Below are positions 13,301 to 25,470 of a stretch of 64,000 nt of DNA, in pieces; position 1 is the first letter of the stretch, and every line of letters begins with the position of its first letter. This stretch comes from Gnetum montanum (lineage: Eukaryota > Plantae > Gnetophyta), in assembly GCA_015680685.1 (NCBI GenBank), contig MNCI01001451.1, positions 944,274 to 1,008,273 on the forward strand. Reading direction: 5' to 3'. The position numbers were made by a program, and so were the translations under genes. Under the pieces are notes generated by a model. That model was not told the origin of the DNA. It did no database searches and saw nothing but the letters and a program-made list of their open reading frames with translations.

Positions 13301-13779
13301 GAAAGGTTTCCTAGCTGCTGAGGAATTTCACCATCAAATTCATTCTCACATAGATCCAAGACTTTAAGCCTACGCAGGGTGCTGAGGGATGACGGGATTG
13401 TGCCAGACAAAGTGTTATTAGCAATATCAAGTACGTGCAGGAATGTTAAGTTGGAGATGTGGGGAGACAGGGATCCACGGAATGTGGCATTTTCTAACAC
13501 GATCTCTACAACCCGGCCTGGATGTTTTTTGTTGGAGCACCTGATCCCAGTCCAATTGCATGCAGTGGCATCATCAGAATCCCAATTCTTTAGAACAGAA
13601 AGGGGATCGCTGGTGATGCATTTCTTGAATTCAATCAAAGCTCTCACATCGTTCAAAGCACCCTCTTTGTCAGTCCGTCGTGCATGAGCAAAACGGACGA
13701 AGAAGAAAAAACAGCATAGCCAAAAAAGATGAAATGAAATGCAGGGAAAAGGGAGGACTCTCACCGAGGACGACGCCAT
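10358..13779 (-). CDS. LRR receptor-like Ser/Thr kinase, subfamily XII (FLS2/EFR/Xa21-like, non-RD). Exons 13779-10926 and 10836-10358; in-frame TAG at 11967-11965, so possibly a pseudogene or truncated allele
   Basis: Signal peptide (FWLCCFFFFVRFAHA), LRRNT (ALIEFK..DP..L.NW...CNWTGIRC), >20 plant LRRs, GNPNLCG cap, TM helix, kinase GQGRHG/VAVK/HCDIKPEN/DFG/GSIGYIAP^EYG/GDVYSFG/RPSM. Probable ATG at 13779. Confidence 0.92.
10837..10925 (-). other. 89 nt GT-AG intron in kinase subdomain VIII
   Basis: CCA G|GTATT ... ATACAG|AG TAT GGA restores YIAPEYG; this is the conserved intron position of LRR-XI/XII kinases. Confidence 0.93.
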
Positions 13780-14869
13780 TGCCACCTTCTGCAACTGTAA
13801 ATGCCCGACTAATGGTGCAGTCACACTCACTGTTAGAAATGTATGTCGTACGGGGAAAGCTGTGATCGATGGTTGCTATATTCAAATAGTGTGGAAAGAA
13901 CCAGGGTGCGGCCACACCTTACGGCGTGACTGCGGCCATTAATTCTGAGTGCTGTCAAATCAATGTTTGTACAATCAATAAATATTGTTTTCTTTTTACT
14001 TTTTTAAAGTTTTGCACCCGAGGAAATTTACAAAGTTGTATTCGGTGAAAGACCGGAAAAAAACCACCACAGAGCTGGATTGTGTTAGGTGAAAGATGAT
14101 GGAAAAATCAACCATACATCAGAAGTCATGGTGAGAGAAAAGAGAATAGAAAAGAAAGAAAAGAAAACGACTTGTAACCTTTGGTCAAAGAGGCTGTACA
14201 CTCAATCCAATATAGTTTTATTAATTTTCATGGTAATAAATATATGTGGTTGCGCAATTTCTTTCTTCAACTTTTACAAAATAATTTTGAGATTTAGATC
14301 TCCAAAACTTCATTGTATCTTTTCAAAGTTATTTTAAGGATATTTAATAATTAACAATATTTAACAATCCATTATCTAGAGATATTTTAGCTTTTTCTAA
14401 TTATTAAAACTTATATCTTAATATTTAATAAAATTATCATATCAGCAATATTATTTCCTATCAAAAAAGATGTTTATTTAATTTTAGTTTTTGCTTATTT
14501 ATTGAAAAGATAATTAAAATTTCAAATAATTGAGGGTATTTCAAACTTTCAATTTTCAAAAATTACCTTTTTAAAAATTGTATTTAATAAATTACCTTTA
14601 AAATAAGAAAAATTACAGCCAATGCAGGACGGCCACAGCTGTGACTTGCTGTAGAAGGAACCAGGCCTGGACCCGGACAGTCATGTTTGCACAATAAATA
14701 CTTTTAAACTTATGAACTCCAGCGATTTGAAGGGAGCAATCACCAACGTCCACAAGTGCGAACATGTGGGCTGTAGGACAACGTGCAGGTGCTGTACGTT
14801 TAATTTTAATCTTTCAATTTTCTTGCTTGTTTGTTTGTTGCCCAGATAACTTGTTCTTGGATTATAAAT

Positions 14870-15600
14870 AAAATTTCAAATAACTGCCCGTATGTTAACT
14901 ATTTTCATCCTGTTGTATGAAAATTAATTAAAATTTCAACTAATTGCACGTATGTTAAACTTTCATTATCATTTTAAGTTTAACCGTGTAGCAGTGTTCT
15001 GATGCCAGTGACCACGGCAAAAACAAATAATAGATGGTCCACTTTCAATACGGCAAACATAAATAATGGATGGTCCACTTTTAATTTCCCGTGGAAAACG
15101 CATAGACTTGAAAAAAGGTATCATCAACAAGAACAAGACCTCATGGGAGATGCATAAACTTAATGGTTCACTTTCAACAGTAAACATAAATAACGAATGG
15201 TCCACTTTTAAGGGAGACGCATAACCTTAATAAAAAGTATCATCAACAAGACCTTATGGGATACGCCATAGACTTCTAAATCCATGTTGACTCTAAAAAT
15301 CTTGCCTCACGGAATACTCGATCAACAACGAAGTATCAACGATTCTTTATTTCCAGCATAGACTCACAAGCCCAATCAACGGAGGAGACCGCATGGACTT
15401 ACACATCAATCCTTGTTTATTTCCAAAATTTTGCATAAACAATGCGCAATCTGCAAGAGGCAGCATGGACTTGCAAATCCTTCCTCGTTCATTTTAAAAT
15501 CTTGCATCCGAACAATAGCCACCCATACCAACAATTCTTTAGAAGAAACTCATATATTTGGAAATCCATGTTAACTTTGAAAATCTTGGATTCAACTATA
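14870..15600. repeat. Nested short tandem duplications upstream of the RLK
   Basis: Repeated aaaatttcaa..gtatgttaa (x2), atggt(c/t)cacttt (x4), gtatcatcaacaaga (x2) and cat(a/g)gact (x5). Confidence 0.7.
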
Positions 15601-16010
15601 TAATTAAGCTTTGACACTTCATTGTCGTGGGAGATTCTAATGCTGGGCAGTGACCCTGTTAGCATTGACCTTATAGATCTTGTAATTACATCAACTAAAT
15701 TATTGTTTGCATCTAGACAATGAAAAAAGAAATCACATCATTGTACTTAGTAAATTACTTTAAAAATTAAATAAAAATCAAAAACATTAGTCCAGTCAAA
15801 TTATAGATTTTATATTTTTAGGCACAAAGTGCAAAATCTAATTTAAATTTTTCATTGCATATAATTAATTAAGAACAATAAATAATTAAGCTTTGAAATT
15901 TTTTTAAAGAAACTTAGGGATTACTTAGGGGATAAGAGAAACAAGACAACAAAGGAATTTAAAAATTAAAGGACTAACACAATTAACCTTCCAAATCTTC
16001 TTGGATATTG

Positions 16011-16098
16011 AATAACTCAATGATAACATAGTCCACTAAAATCAAATCTATGACCAAAGGTTTCAATGCCAAGACACTTACCACTAAGTTTAACACCT
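16011..16098 (-). mobile_element. tRNA-derived SINE-like copy
   Basis: Minus strand GGTGTTAAACTTAGTGGTAAG...GTCATAGATTTGA..TAGTGG...ATTGAGTTAT, homologous to 56051-56144. Confidence 0.5.
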
Positions 16099-16342
16099 TA
16101 TGTTAAATCAAATATTTCCTAATGCACACACAATTTATCACCTTTTAGGATAATGCAAGTCTTATTTATATGTCAAAATTGAAAAATTAATTATTCAAAA
16201 TAATTTATTGATTCATCATAAGATTAAATTAAGTGTTTTAACTCTTCTTTAGATCCAATGATTAAAGATACATTTGAAAAGTAATTACTTAGAACACTTA
16301 ATTTTCAACAAAAATAATTAGGGCAACATATCAACCCTAAAT

Positions 16343-17069
16343 TAATGGGAGCCTATGAAAACTTAGGCAGTGGCAAGGGTATTAGAGCTTTCATAGGCAA
16401 ACTAGGATGAAGGCAATAATAGATGCTTAGTAGGATTGATGAGAGCAGTTACTCTAGTAGTTATTCTAATTATTAGAGTGGTTACTCTAGCCGTGACTTT
16501 AGCAATTACTCTAATTATTAGAGTGGTTACTCTAGTAGTTATTCTAATTATTAGAGTGGTTACTTTAGCAGTTATTTTAATTATGAGAGCGGTTACTCTA
16601 ATTATTAGAGTAGTTGCTCCCAAGCCTATAAATACAGTGCCCATGCGCACAATTGGCAAGAAGTTTTTGAGCAGTTAAGTAGCGAAACTCTTGTAGTCTA
16701 TTTGAAAGTTAGAGTATTTTCCAAGTGCCCGCAGTAGGAGGTCTAAGTGTGAACGGATTTTTATTCGAGCATTGTGTACCTAAGCACACCTTATGTATGG
16801 CAATAAAGACGAGCTCTTCGATTCATCCTTGCAGCACTTGAGATTTATTTTCTTACGCATTTCTTTTATTTTATTTTCTTATGCATTTATTTTATTTTAT
16901 TTTATTTTATGCACTTTACATTTCTGTTATTAACATAGTAATTCATTTTGATCAATTAAGAAAATCGTTAAATTACACAAGCACGACCACTTCGAGCATG
17001 CATGTAACGCTTGGTAACCCAGTAACGATTAGCGTTTGGTAATCTCAGCAGTGTTGCACTAGTTACCGA
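16343..17069 (+). mobile_element. 5' part of a family C (Athila-like) LTR, interrupted
   Basis: TATA box cctataaata (~16625). Blocks ttttccaagtgc, tgtacctaagc, caataaaga.gagct, aagca.gaccac.tcga and cttggtaacccagt are collinear with 60020-60445. Left end is approximate. Confidence 0.75.
16441..16612. repeat. ~33 bp minisatellite in LTR U3
   Basis: About five copies of agagtggttactctagtagttattctaattatt. Confidence 0.9.
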
Positions 17070-19526
17070 TAGTATCAGAGGTTGGAATACGAGTGGACCC
17101 TGACAAAGTCAAGGCCAGTTAACCTGGCGCAACCTACAAATCTTAAGGAATTGCGCGGGCTACAAGGTAGAGTACAGTTCATCAGAAGGTTTATAGCAAA
17201 GTTGACTGACAAGTTACACCCCATGCAACATCTACTAAAGAAATGGGTTAACTTCGAATGGACACCACAGTGCCAACAAGCCTTCGATGATATGAAGAAA
17301 GACCTCTTGCACCTCCTAACTATTTACCCACCACAGAGGAATAAGCCTTTGTTCATCTACCTTGCCACCTTGGACACGTCTATCGCGGCACTGTTATGTC
17401 AAAAATGGGATGACAGTTTTGAGATACCAGTGTACTACCTAAGTCATGCACTGATAGCATATGAAGCGAAATACAATGAGGTGGAGAGAAACTGCCTTGC
17501 CTTAGTGTTTGCATTGAAGAAGTGGAGACACTACCTGTTTCGTAGAAAAATTAACATTATTTGCAAAAGCAACATACTCCGGGCTATCACAAATAATCTG
17601 TACGAAAGCAGTAGGATAGCCCGATGGAAAGCAATAACAACGGAATTCGATTTGCATTATGTGAGCCAATCATCGACGAAAGGTCAAGTCATAGCAACAC
17701 AACTTATGACCTCACCCATCGACGATCAAGCAATCATAGACCCCAAATTCCTAGATGAGCATGTTAGCACTATCAATGCCATCCCATTGCATCTTGAAGC
17801 TACTTTGCATTTCGACGGTGCCTTGACTATGCAAAGGGGTAGTGCGGCTGTTGTCATTTCGTTCCCCTATGGGGAAATGCATCCTTTAGCTTATTGTTTT
17901 GCATTCCCTTGTACAAACGACGTGGCAGAGTACGAGGGGTTACTTAGGGGCCTTTTAGCAGCCTAAGAATTAAGCATACAACACCTGGCGATTTGTGGAG
18001 ATTCACAACTAGTTGTGAATCAAATCACCGAGTTTTATGCCTGCAAAGCTACACACCTACAACCCTATTGCGACTTAGTGAAAAGCCTACTTAAACAATT
18101 TGCAACAACGGACGTGCAACACATGTCACGTAATGAAAACACCATAGCAGACGCCCTGGCCACCTTGGTATTAAATATTCCATCACACTTGTTCGCAAGT
18201 TTGCCAACCTCAATTATTGAGTGTACTGAGCTTATCACTCAGGCGGTACACGTAGCCTCTGTCAGCGCTGTGGATACCCAAGAGTGGTATGCCAACATTA
18301 AAGCCTACTTGCAACATGGCAAGCCCCCAAGTGGATTGACATCTACCCAGAGAGATGCAATTCGTAAGTGTGCTTGGTAATATGTGCTTATGGGAGACAA
18401 CGCCCTGTGCAAACGCTCCTATGACGAGATATTTCTGGCATGCGTAAATGTGGAGCAAGCGTATAAGGTGATTAATGAGGTACACGAGGGACTATGTGAT
18501 GGACATATAACACCTAGGGCTATGGCTGCAAAAATCAAACATTTAGGGTACTATTGGCCTCACATGGAGCGTGATTGCCTGGCCAAAGTCAAGACGTGTG
18601 ATACATGCCAACGATACGCAAATATCTTACATGTTTCACCTACAGAGCTGCATCTGACGCAGATTATGTGGCCTTTTCAGTGATGGGGACTAGACCTCAT
18701 AGGACCTATGACGCCTAAGTACTGTGCAGGGCATAGCTTCATCATCACTGCCACTGAGTATTTTACTAAGTGGGTAGAGGCTATCCCCTTGAGGAAGACT
18801 ACATCTCAGCAGATTTGCCACTTCATCTTGGACAAGATGGTGACAAGGTTTGGACTTCCCATGAGTATTGTGATCGATAACTGGCCACAGTTCAATAGTA
18901 CGAAAACTCGAACCTTCTGCAGCAATCTTGGCATCAGACAATCATTCTCCTCACCATATTACCTGTAGGCGAATGGACAAGCAGAGGCTACAAATAAGTC
19001 CATCATCAACTTGATAAAAAAGATGCTTAACAACAGCAAGAGGCGATGGCATGAGCAAATCCTCTATGTGCTGTGGGCTTACAGAACAACATGCAGGACT
19101 GCAACAGGTAAGACACCTTATAGTCTTGTTTATGGATCTGAGGCGGTATTACCTCTTGAGTTGCAGGTGCCATCACTCCAGATGATCCTATTGAATGTCG
19201 TGAGCGAAGCCTAGAACAACGAGTTGAGGATCATCGACCTCGACTCAATAAAGGAGGAGCATGCATAAACACTATGCCGCATAAAGCATTACCAGAACAA
19301 GCAACAACAAAAACATCATGCAAATCCATATCAACGGCCAATACAGAAGGGAGACCTCATTCTCAAGGCTGTCTGTGAGCATAGGAACAAATTCTTAGCA
19401 AACTGGGAAGGTCGGTACATGGTCACAGAAGCCTTTGGGAACGGGGCCTTCAAGCTAGCAGACATGGACGACAACAAGTTTGCAAATCCGGTGAATCACT
19501 CATATCTTAAGACATACTACATCTAA
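17070..19526 (+). pseudogene. Family A pol 3' half: RT C-terminus, RNase H, archaeal-type RNase H, integrase
   Basis: GIRVDPDK; PVYYLS..YNEVERNCLAL; LHFDGA..CTNDVAEYEGL..GDSQLVVNQ (aRH); HEGLC.GH..CDTC; EYFTKWVEA, IDN, NGQAE; WEG.Y. Multiple stops. Confidence 0.95.
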
Positions 19527-19544
19527 TGCATGAAGCAGATAAGA

Positions 19545-20085
19545 AAATGTCCGCTATGATGTAAAACTGACGAAGGTATGCAAATGTCTGCTATGACGTA
19601 AAACTGTCAAAGGTAAGAAAACGTCCGCTACGACATAAAATTGGTGAAGGTAAGAAAATGTCTACTACGACGTAAAACTGGCAAAGGTAAGCATGTCCGC
19701 TACGACGTAAAACTGGAAAAGTAGTCTGCCACGACGTTAAACTAGCACATATGGTCTGCTAGGACCTTAAACTAGCACATAGACAGTCTGCTACGACTAT
19801 AAACTAGCACAGACTGTTTGCCATGACATAAAACTGGCAAAGCACAGTCTGCTAGGACTTTAAACTAGCACAATCCACTATCCGCTACAATGTTAAACTA
19901 GCACATCGGTCTGCTATGACCTTAAACTAGCTCATCCACTGTCTGCTACGACGATAAACTAGCACAACAGTTTGCTGGGACGCTAAACTAGCACAACAGT
20001 TTGCTAGGACCTTAAACTAGTGCACCACGGTCTGTTGGGACCTTAAACCAGCACACCATGGTCTACCAGGACCTTAAACTGGGTT
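19545..20085 (+). repeat. 3' UTR array of 17 hairpin+TAAACT modules (29-37 bp)
   Basis: NGTC-YGYYAN-GACN'-NNAAACT(A/G)G units counted by eye. Confidence 0.92.
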
Positions 20086-20150
20086 CGCAGCATGTCCCCA
20101 GCATGCATCTATGCCAGTACACAATAAGCGAATGTGCATAATGCTGACAT

Positions 20151-21508
20151 AGGGTGGGACGTTGTAGTTCTAGAATGTAGTTCACGATGCCAAGGAAACA
20201 CCCTCTGGAACATATGCAACGCCACTACTCTTGGCATCTTGCTGATCCTCTAGAGATGTCTTATGACATCTTGCTGACTCTCCGGACCTACTTCCTCCAT
20301 GGCTCATCACCTTGGCAGTAGCTTCCTTGGTCAGTGCCTGCTGCTAGAGTTCTAGCAGTATTGTTATCCTCTAGCCCCTACCAGCGTTCGAGCTCAAGAG
20401 ATGTTTAGCTATTGGGTAGCCAATCTCACGGCTGAACTGAGAACATTTGTCTTGGGCAGGGATTCTTGAGTATCTGCATTCATAGCAGCTCCTAGCTTCC
20501 TTGATGCCAGCTACTCCACGCTGATGTTGCCAAGGCCACTTCTGGCCTTCCTAGTTTGGACGCCGCATGCCTCAGCAACAACATCAGTTGCTCCAGCAGC
20601 ATCCACAACAAGACCTTTGCCTTCGTTTTGAATCATGGTTGTTTTTCTTGGTTTTCTCTCTGTTGTGTTTGTAGGGTGCGTACCAGAGAGGTGTTGGTCA
20701 AAGGTGTGTTTCCCCACGGCAGCATATGCTATAGTGTTACAAGGTGGTTGTCTTGACTAGCTTAGCTACTTTGGAGTGCACATCATGTCCTTCCCCTTTA
20801 GCCCCTTTACCTTGTTCCTCACACTCACAATCCACTCTCTTCCCTCTTTTACAAGCTTTTTCCGACACCTATTAAGCCCTCCCATATGCTCAACCACAAA
20901 GTCCATGACGTGCATAACATAGCTCGCCACATGGGAAACATTTGTAGGTTGGTTAAAGTCCCATGTGGATGTAACACAACTCATTCTAGGAAAGACACAC
21001 CTGTCCTGTAACAACAAGGTTGTTTGCAAATGTAAAAGGGAAAATAGCAAAAGCAAAAAGTGTAAAAGAGTAAAGCTCACGCAAAAAAAAAATGTGCTAA
21101 AAAAAAGGCACATCTTCCATTTTGTAGTAATCCTCTCTAAGCATTTCGACGAGAGGTCAAAGGTCAGTGAAAGAAAATATGACCATGCAAACAACTCCCT
21201 CACAAGCACTTGGAAGAGGGACCTTGCTAAATCTCATCTTTGCCATTTTCCTGAACCTCCCTTTGTCCCTGTTTAACCCTTCCCTTTTCCCTGCATAACC
21301 AATGCAACACTCAAGCACAGCTAAGCGACATCTTGGTGATCACTGAAGAGCAATGTTGGCATCTTGTCTTTCGTGGTGTTTCGTATTATTTGTTAGCGTC
21401 TCTCGGGTCCATCCTCTAGACGTCGACAAAGAGGGGCTAATGAAACATTGTAAATTTTCAAGGCATTCTTACCTCACCAGGTTCTTGGAATTTAGGCAGT
21501 GTCATGGC
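20151..21508 (+). mobile_element. Family A 3' region: PPT-like AGGGTGGGAC then TG-initiated segment (LTR U3 or decayed antisense ORF), cut by family B insertion
   Basis: Purine tract 20151-20160 followed by TGTAG at 20163; homologous to 43455-44847. No TATA, CA end or PBS seen. Confidence 0.55.
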
Positions 21509-23080
21509 TATACTAACCTAAATCGTTGGTGTAAGGCTAGAAGGAAAACAAACACCGAGAGATCATCAGGCAGCCACAGTTGACCCTGCCTTCACCCGAG
21601 GGCAAGCTGGAAAAGTAAACGAAGGAAGAGTGCCTTGGATGGTCTGCACGTAAATCAACCAAGGACTTCCCCGAGCGTAAGCTACGACTAGCACTAGGGT
21701 TATCGTAAACGGGATGTAAACGAAATGCAAACAACGATATGAAATGTAAACAAAGTGTATTGAATTATAAATAAAGTGTAAACAAAGATATATTATAAAT
21801 AAAGCATAAACCAAAGTAAATAATGTAAATAGAAGGTAATAATGAAACTGTATTGTATTGTTCAAACAGGAATATGCACCAGTCAAAGCGTAGTTGCACA
21901 CGTGTGGATGGCAAGTCAAACGCCTAGCCCCAGAATGATATGATGCGATGATGTGAAGATGAAATGGGATGAACATGAGAAATACTTGGAAGCTAATAAT
22001 CAGGTTTGCCGAGTGCCCAAGGATTGCAAATTTTGTCTTTCTTCAAAGTTGCCAATCTCTCCAATTTTTTTGTCTCTTCCAATCTCTTCTTCTCCTACCA
22101 GTTTATGTGAATTGATAGGGTATTTATAGGGTTGGGATAGGCTTGGGAAGTTGCATTCTTTGACCAGGTTCAATGTATCTATGTTGGATAGTTGTGCACA
22201 AGTTGGATATGTGCTGGATATTTGCCTTCTTTGACTATATTCAATGTATTTGTGTTTGGATAGTTGTGTACGAGTTGGATGTGTGTTGGCAAGTTGCATT
22301 TTTTGACCAGGTTCAATGTATTTTACAATTTATGGATTATTCAAGCCCATGAAAGTACATTTAATTTAGACCATGAGGGCTTGACATGCCCACAAATGGG
22401 GATTTATAATGAAATGTACAACAAGAGAAATTTGACTGCCCAGCGTGACCTGTAGTGTGACCTGTAACGTGACCTCAAAAACTTGCAATTTTGAGCTGAA
22501 ATCTAGAATTTCTGAAGGCTGGGACCCATAGTTATCAATAGTGGACCTTGAGGACAACTTGCACCCTTGAAATCAAGTGGTTTTGGCTCAATTTCGAGGC
22601 TCTAAAAGTTGGTGACGCTGATTCTTACGTTGTGCAACGTCTGAAAAAGTAACCCTAGTGTCACCAGGTCAAAATGGCACATTTGAGGCCCAAATCTTGA
22701 TTTTCTGGAGGCTAGGAGCTGTTGGGGACCTTGGTGAAGGTCATGGGGGGTCCTTGTGCTTGATTTCGGCATGTTTTGACTCAATTTTGGGGCTCCAAAA
22801 GTTGGTGACGCTGATCCTTATGCTATGCAACGTCTGAAAAAGTAACCAAAGTGTACTTAGCCAAAACCAAATATTTTGAACCCGAAACGTTTGATTCTAG
22901 ATGCTAAAAGTTGGTGTAGTCGCTTGTGGGCCTTGAGGGGACCTTGCCTGTTGAATCATGGGCCATCATGGGCTATTTCAGAGGCCTCTAAGTTTGGTCA
23001 TGTTGTACTCATGTTGGGCAATAGCATGACTTAGCTTGATTCTTTTCTAAAAGTGCTAGGCCAAAATTAGTGGTGTTTCA
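21509..23080 (-). repeat. Family B 3' LTR
   Basis: Minus strand TGAAACACC...GTATA (CA mutated to TA), TATA CCTATAAATACCC (~22118-22130), preceded by PPT AAAGAGGGGCCAA (23081-23093); direct repeat of 29216-30747. Confidence 0.92.
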
Positions 23081-24204
23081 TTGGCCCCTCTTTATTGACA
23101 TCTGGAGAAATCTACCTAAGAGGCATCAACAAAGAAATGCAAAACACCATGAGCAACAAAGCATCAAACATTAACCATCAACCCTTGGCTGGGTGTCATC
23201 GTGCCATTTTCAAAAGTATATGGGATTGAGGGAATATGGTTCAAGATGTAAGGGAATTAGTTGTAACCAGGGAAGCCAGGAGGTTAAGGGCTATGATTTC
23301 TATTGAGATTGTGGGAGAGGAATACTCTCTTATGCACAAGTCATGTCATTAGTCCTTGTCAATAGTTGGGTTTTTAGTAGACTCGAAACCAAGATATAGG
23401 AAGTGCGTTCTTTGGAGAAATGGGACTCTTATAGAGTATTTGTGGGTCCTGTTGTAAATAGCCAAAGCCATGCAATGATGTGCAACATGGTCTCTTTGAG
23501 ACACGAGTGTAACTTTTTTTTCAAGACAACTGCCTTCTCGCTTGGGGCTTGTATGAGAATTGCCAATAGTCTTTTCTTTATGATGTCAATTGGGTCATGA
23601 AGACCTTTTCTGTGCATTTTTCTCTTTGAATTTTTTTTCTCTTTTTCTTATTTTTTTTGGTTTTTTTGAAAGAGCTTTATTTTTGTGTCATGCTTGTGTA
23701 TGAGCACTTGCATTTTGCATCATGTACTATGTATTGTGTTTTGCATCACAACTGCTTAGAGAGCTATAGTATGCAACAGTGTATCAAGAGTTTTGAGATG
23801 AGTGGAATGTATCAAGAGGGATGTAATCGAATAGGATAAGAGAGCATGATGGGGAATAGGGAATGTATTAAGAGTTGGGAATGTACTTATGAATGGATTG
23901 ATTAACCCAGTCATGTGCGTCAGGAAATAAGTGATACCTTGTCATCATGATGAAGTGCATCTATGCATGAATGCCTCAGAAGTGTCATCCTGCAAACACA
24001 ACTCCAAGAAGACAAGAAAATGATAAATGAAACAGTCAGCTAAACACTTTAAACATTAGATGGAGTCACCACGTGCAATTTTCAAAGCAGACAGAATCAT
24101 GAATAACATTAGCCTCATTAAGACCCATGAGATGAATTATGCAACAAGTCTTTGCGAAACATGAACAGCTGATTGCAACGATACATCTTTTCAAATTTTT
24201 CTTG

Positions 24205-24735
24205 GTAGCGGACTATTTTGGGTTAGTTTAACGTCATAACCCTTTGGATGGTGCCAGTTTAGCATCGTGGCGGATGATGCATTGCTAGTTTATAGTCATG
24301 GCGGACTGTGAAGAGAAAAACTAGTTTATAGTCTTAGTGGACTCTAGATGCTAGTTTCATGTCATGGCAGAAAAATGTAGTAGTTTAGTGTCATACTGGA
24401 CAGAACTTTGTGGTATCATTTTTAAGTCATGATCCAGGACTACTCTGTGGTATCAATTTTAAGTCATGATCCAGGACTATTTTGTGGTATCAGTTTTAAG
24501 TCATGATCCAGGACTTCTCTGTGGTATCAGTTTTAAGTCATGATCTAGGACTTCTCTGTGGTATTTTTTTTAAGTCATGATCTAGGACTTCTCTATGGTA
24601 TCAGTTTTTAGTTATGATGCCAGGACTATGCTATGGTATCAATTTTAAGTCATGATCCAGGACTTCTCTGTGGTATCAGTTTTAAGTCATGATCCATGAC
24701 TATTCTGTGCCAGTTTATAGTCATAGCGGACTGAT
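24205..24735 (-). repeat. Family B 3' UTR hairpin+AAACT array, including 8 copies of a 37 bp unit
   Basis: Minus strand AAGTC-CTGGATCAT-GACTT-AAAACTGATACCA x8 (24411-24707), flanked by AGTC-CGCYAT-GACT-ATAAACT units. Confidence 0.92.
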
Positions 24736-25299
24736 GCTTACCTTACTTGTGTAAAGTGTAATGTTGCATGCATGGTCATGCTATGTATCTGCAAGTTCTT
24801 GTAAAAAAATCAACTAGAAAGAAAACAACGTCAAGCGATACCATGTTGTACATAGAGTTGGAATGTATGAAGATTGATGTAATGGCCTAAATTTAATTGT
24901 GGTATAAAATGGTTGCATCGTTATCTTTATGTTTTATGTAAATATTTTTGTCATTTTTTCATGTTTTTTATTGTTTTTCTTATTTTCTAGAGCATATGTG
25001 TGCAACTAAATGTAACATAAATTTCTAAAGTGTAAAGCGAGATGTAAGGTAAATACTTGGAAAAGAAAGCAATGACCGTGTAAGAATCGTAAGTTGTAGC
25101 CTGTAAGTGAAAATTCAATGTAAAATGACTAGAGTTTATAAATCTGTGATTTGTTGGCTCTAGTTTAAAGCCATTTTAGGCTTGGTACATCAGTTTAAAT
25201 TCTTGATGGACTGTTGCATCTATTGTTAAAGAAAGGATTACCATTTTTATGCCATGGTGGGCCAAAGGTAGTAACGTTTTCAAGAAATTTTAAACGAAA

Positions 25300-25460
25300 C
25301 CAGCCATTTCTAACCATGGCTAGTTTAATGTCATTGCAGATGTTTGTTGGCAGTTTTAACATCATACTGGACAGTTCATAGTTTAATGTAATTTCAGACA
25401 GTTCATAGTTTAATGTCATTTCGGACAATTCGTAGTTTAACATCATTTCAGATAGTTCGT
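25300..25460 (-). repeat. Family B post-protease 27 bp hairpin+TAAACT array
   Basis: Minus strand TGTC-CGAAAT-GACA-TTAAACTA units. Confidence 0.85.
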
Positions 25461-25470
25461 CTCATTCATT

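Noticed and set aside
10518-13942. Plus-strand ORFs overlapping the RLK
   Set aside because: Antisense shadows of the coding strand with no recognisable motifs.
16338-16342. TSD of the split family C solo LTR (TAAAT vs AAAAA/AAAAT at 55761)
   Set aside because: Imperfect and low-complexity, with an uncertain left boundary; not used as evidence.
16402-16678. Repetitive ORFs on both strands
   Set aside because: By-product of a 33 bp stop-free minisatellite in an LTR.
17070-17080. tRNA-iMet PBS (TAGTATCAGAG) after an LTR
   Set aside because: It aligns to RT codons V-S-E in unit 2 (40451), is not preceded by a CA LTR end, and the LTR's real 3' end is at 55760.
19560-19700. Hammerhead ribozyme (CTGACGA...GAAA...GTC)
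   Set aside because: No stem II can form, and CTGANGA is not conserved among units.
19545-20085. CRISPR-like array (repeat plus variable spacer)
   Set aside because: Spacers are only ~6-14 nt and related to each other, repeats are degenerate, there are no cas genes, and the context is a plant retrotransposon UTR.
24411-24707. Eight TGGTATCAG PBS copies or tRNA 3'-end mimics
   Set aside because: They are antisense to the element, match only 9 nt, and are explained as a variant of the AAACT(A/G)GCA module tail.
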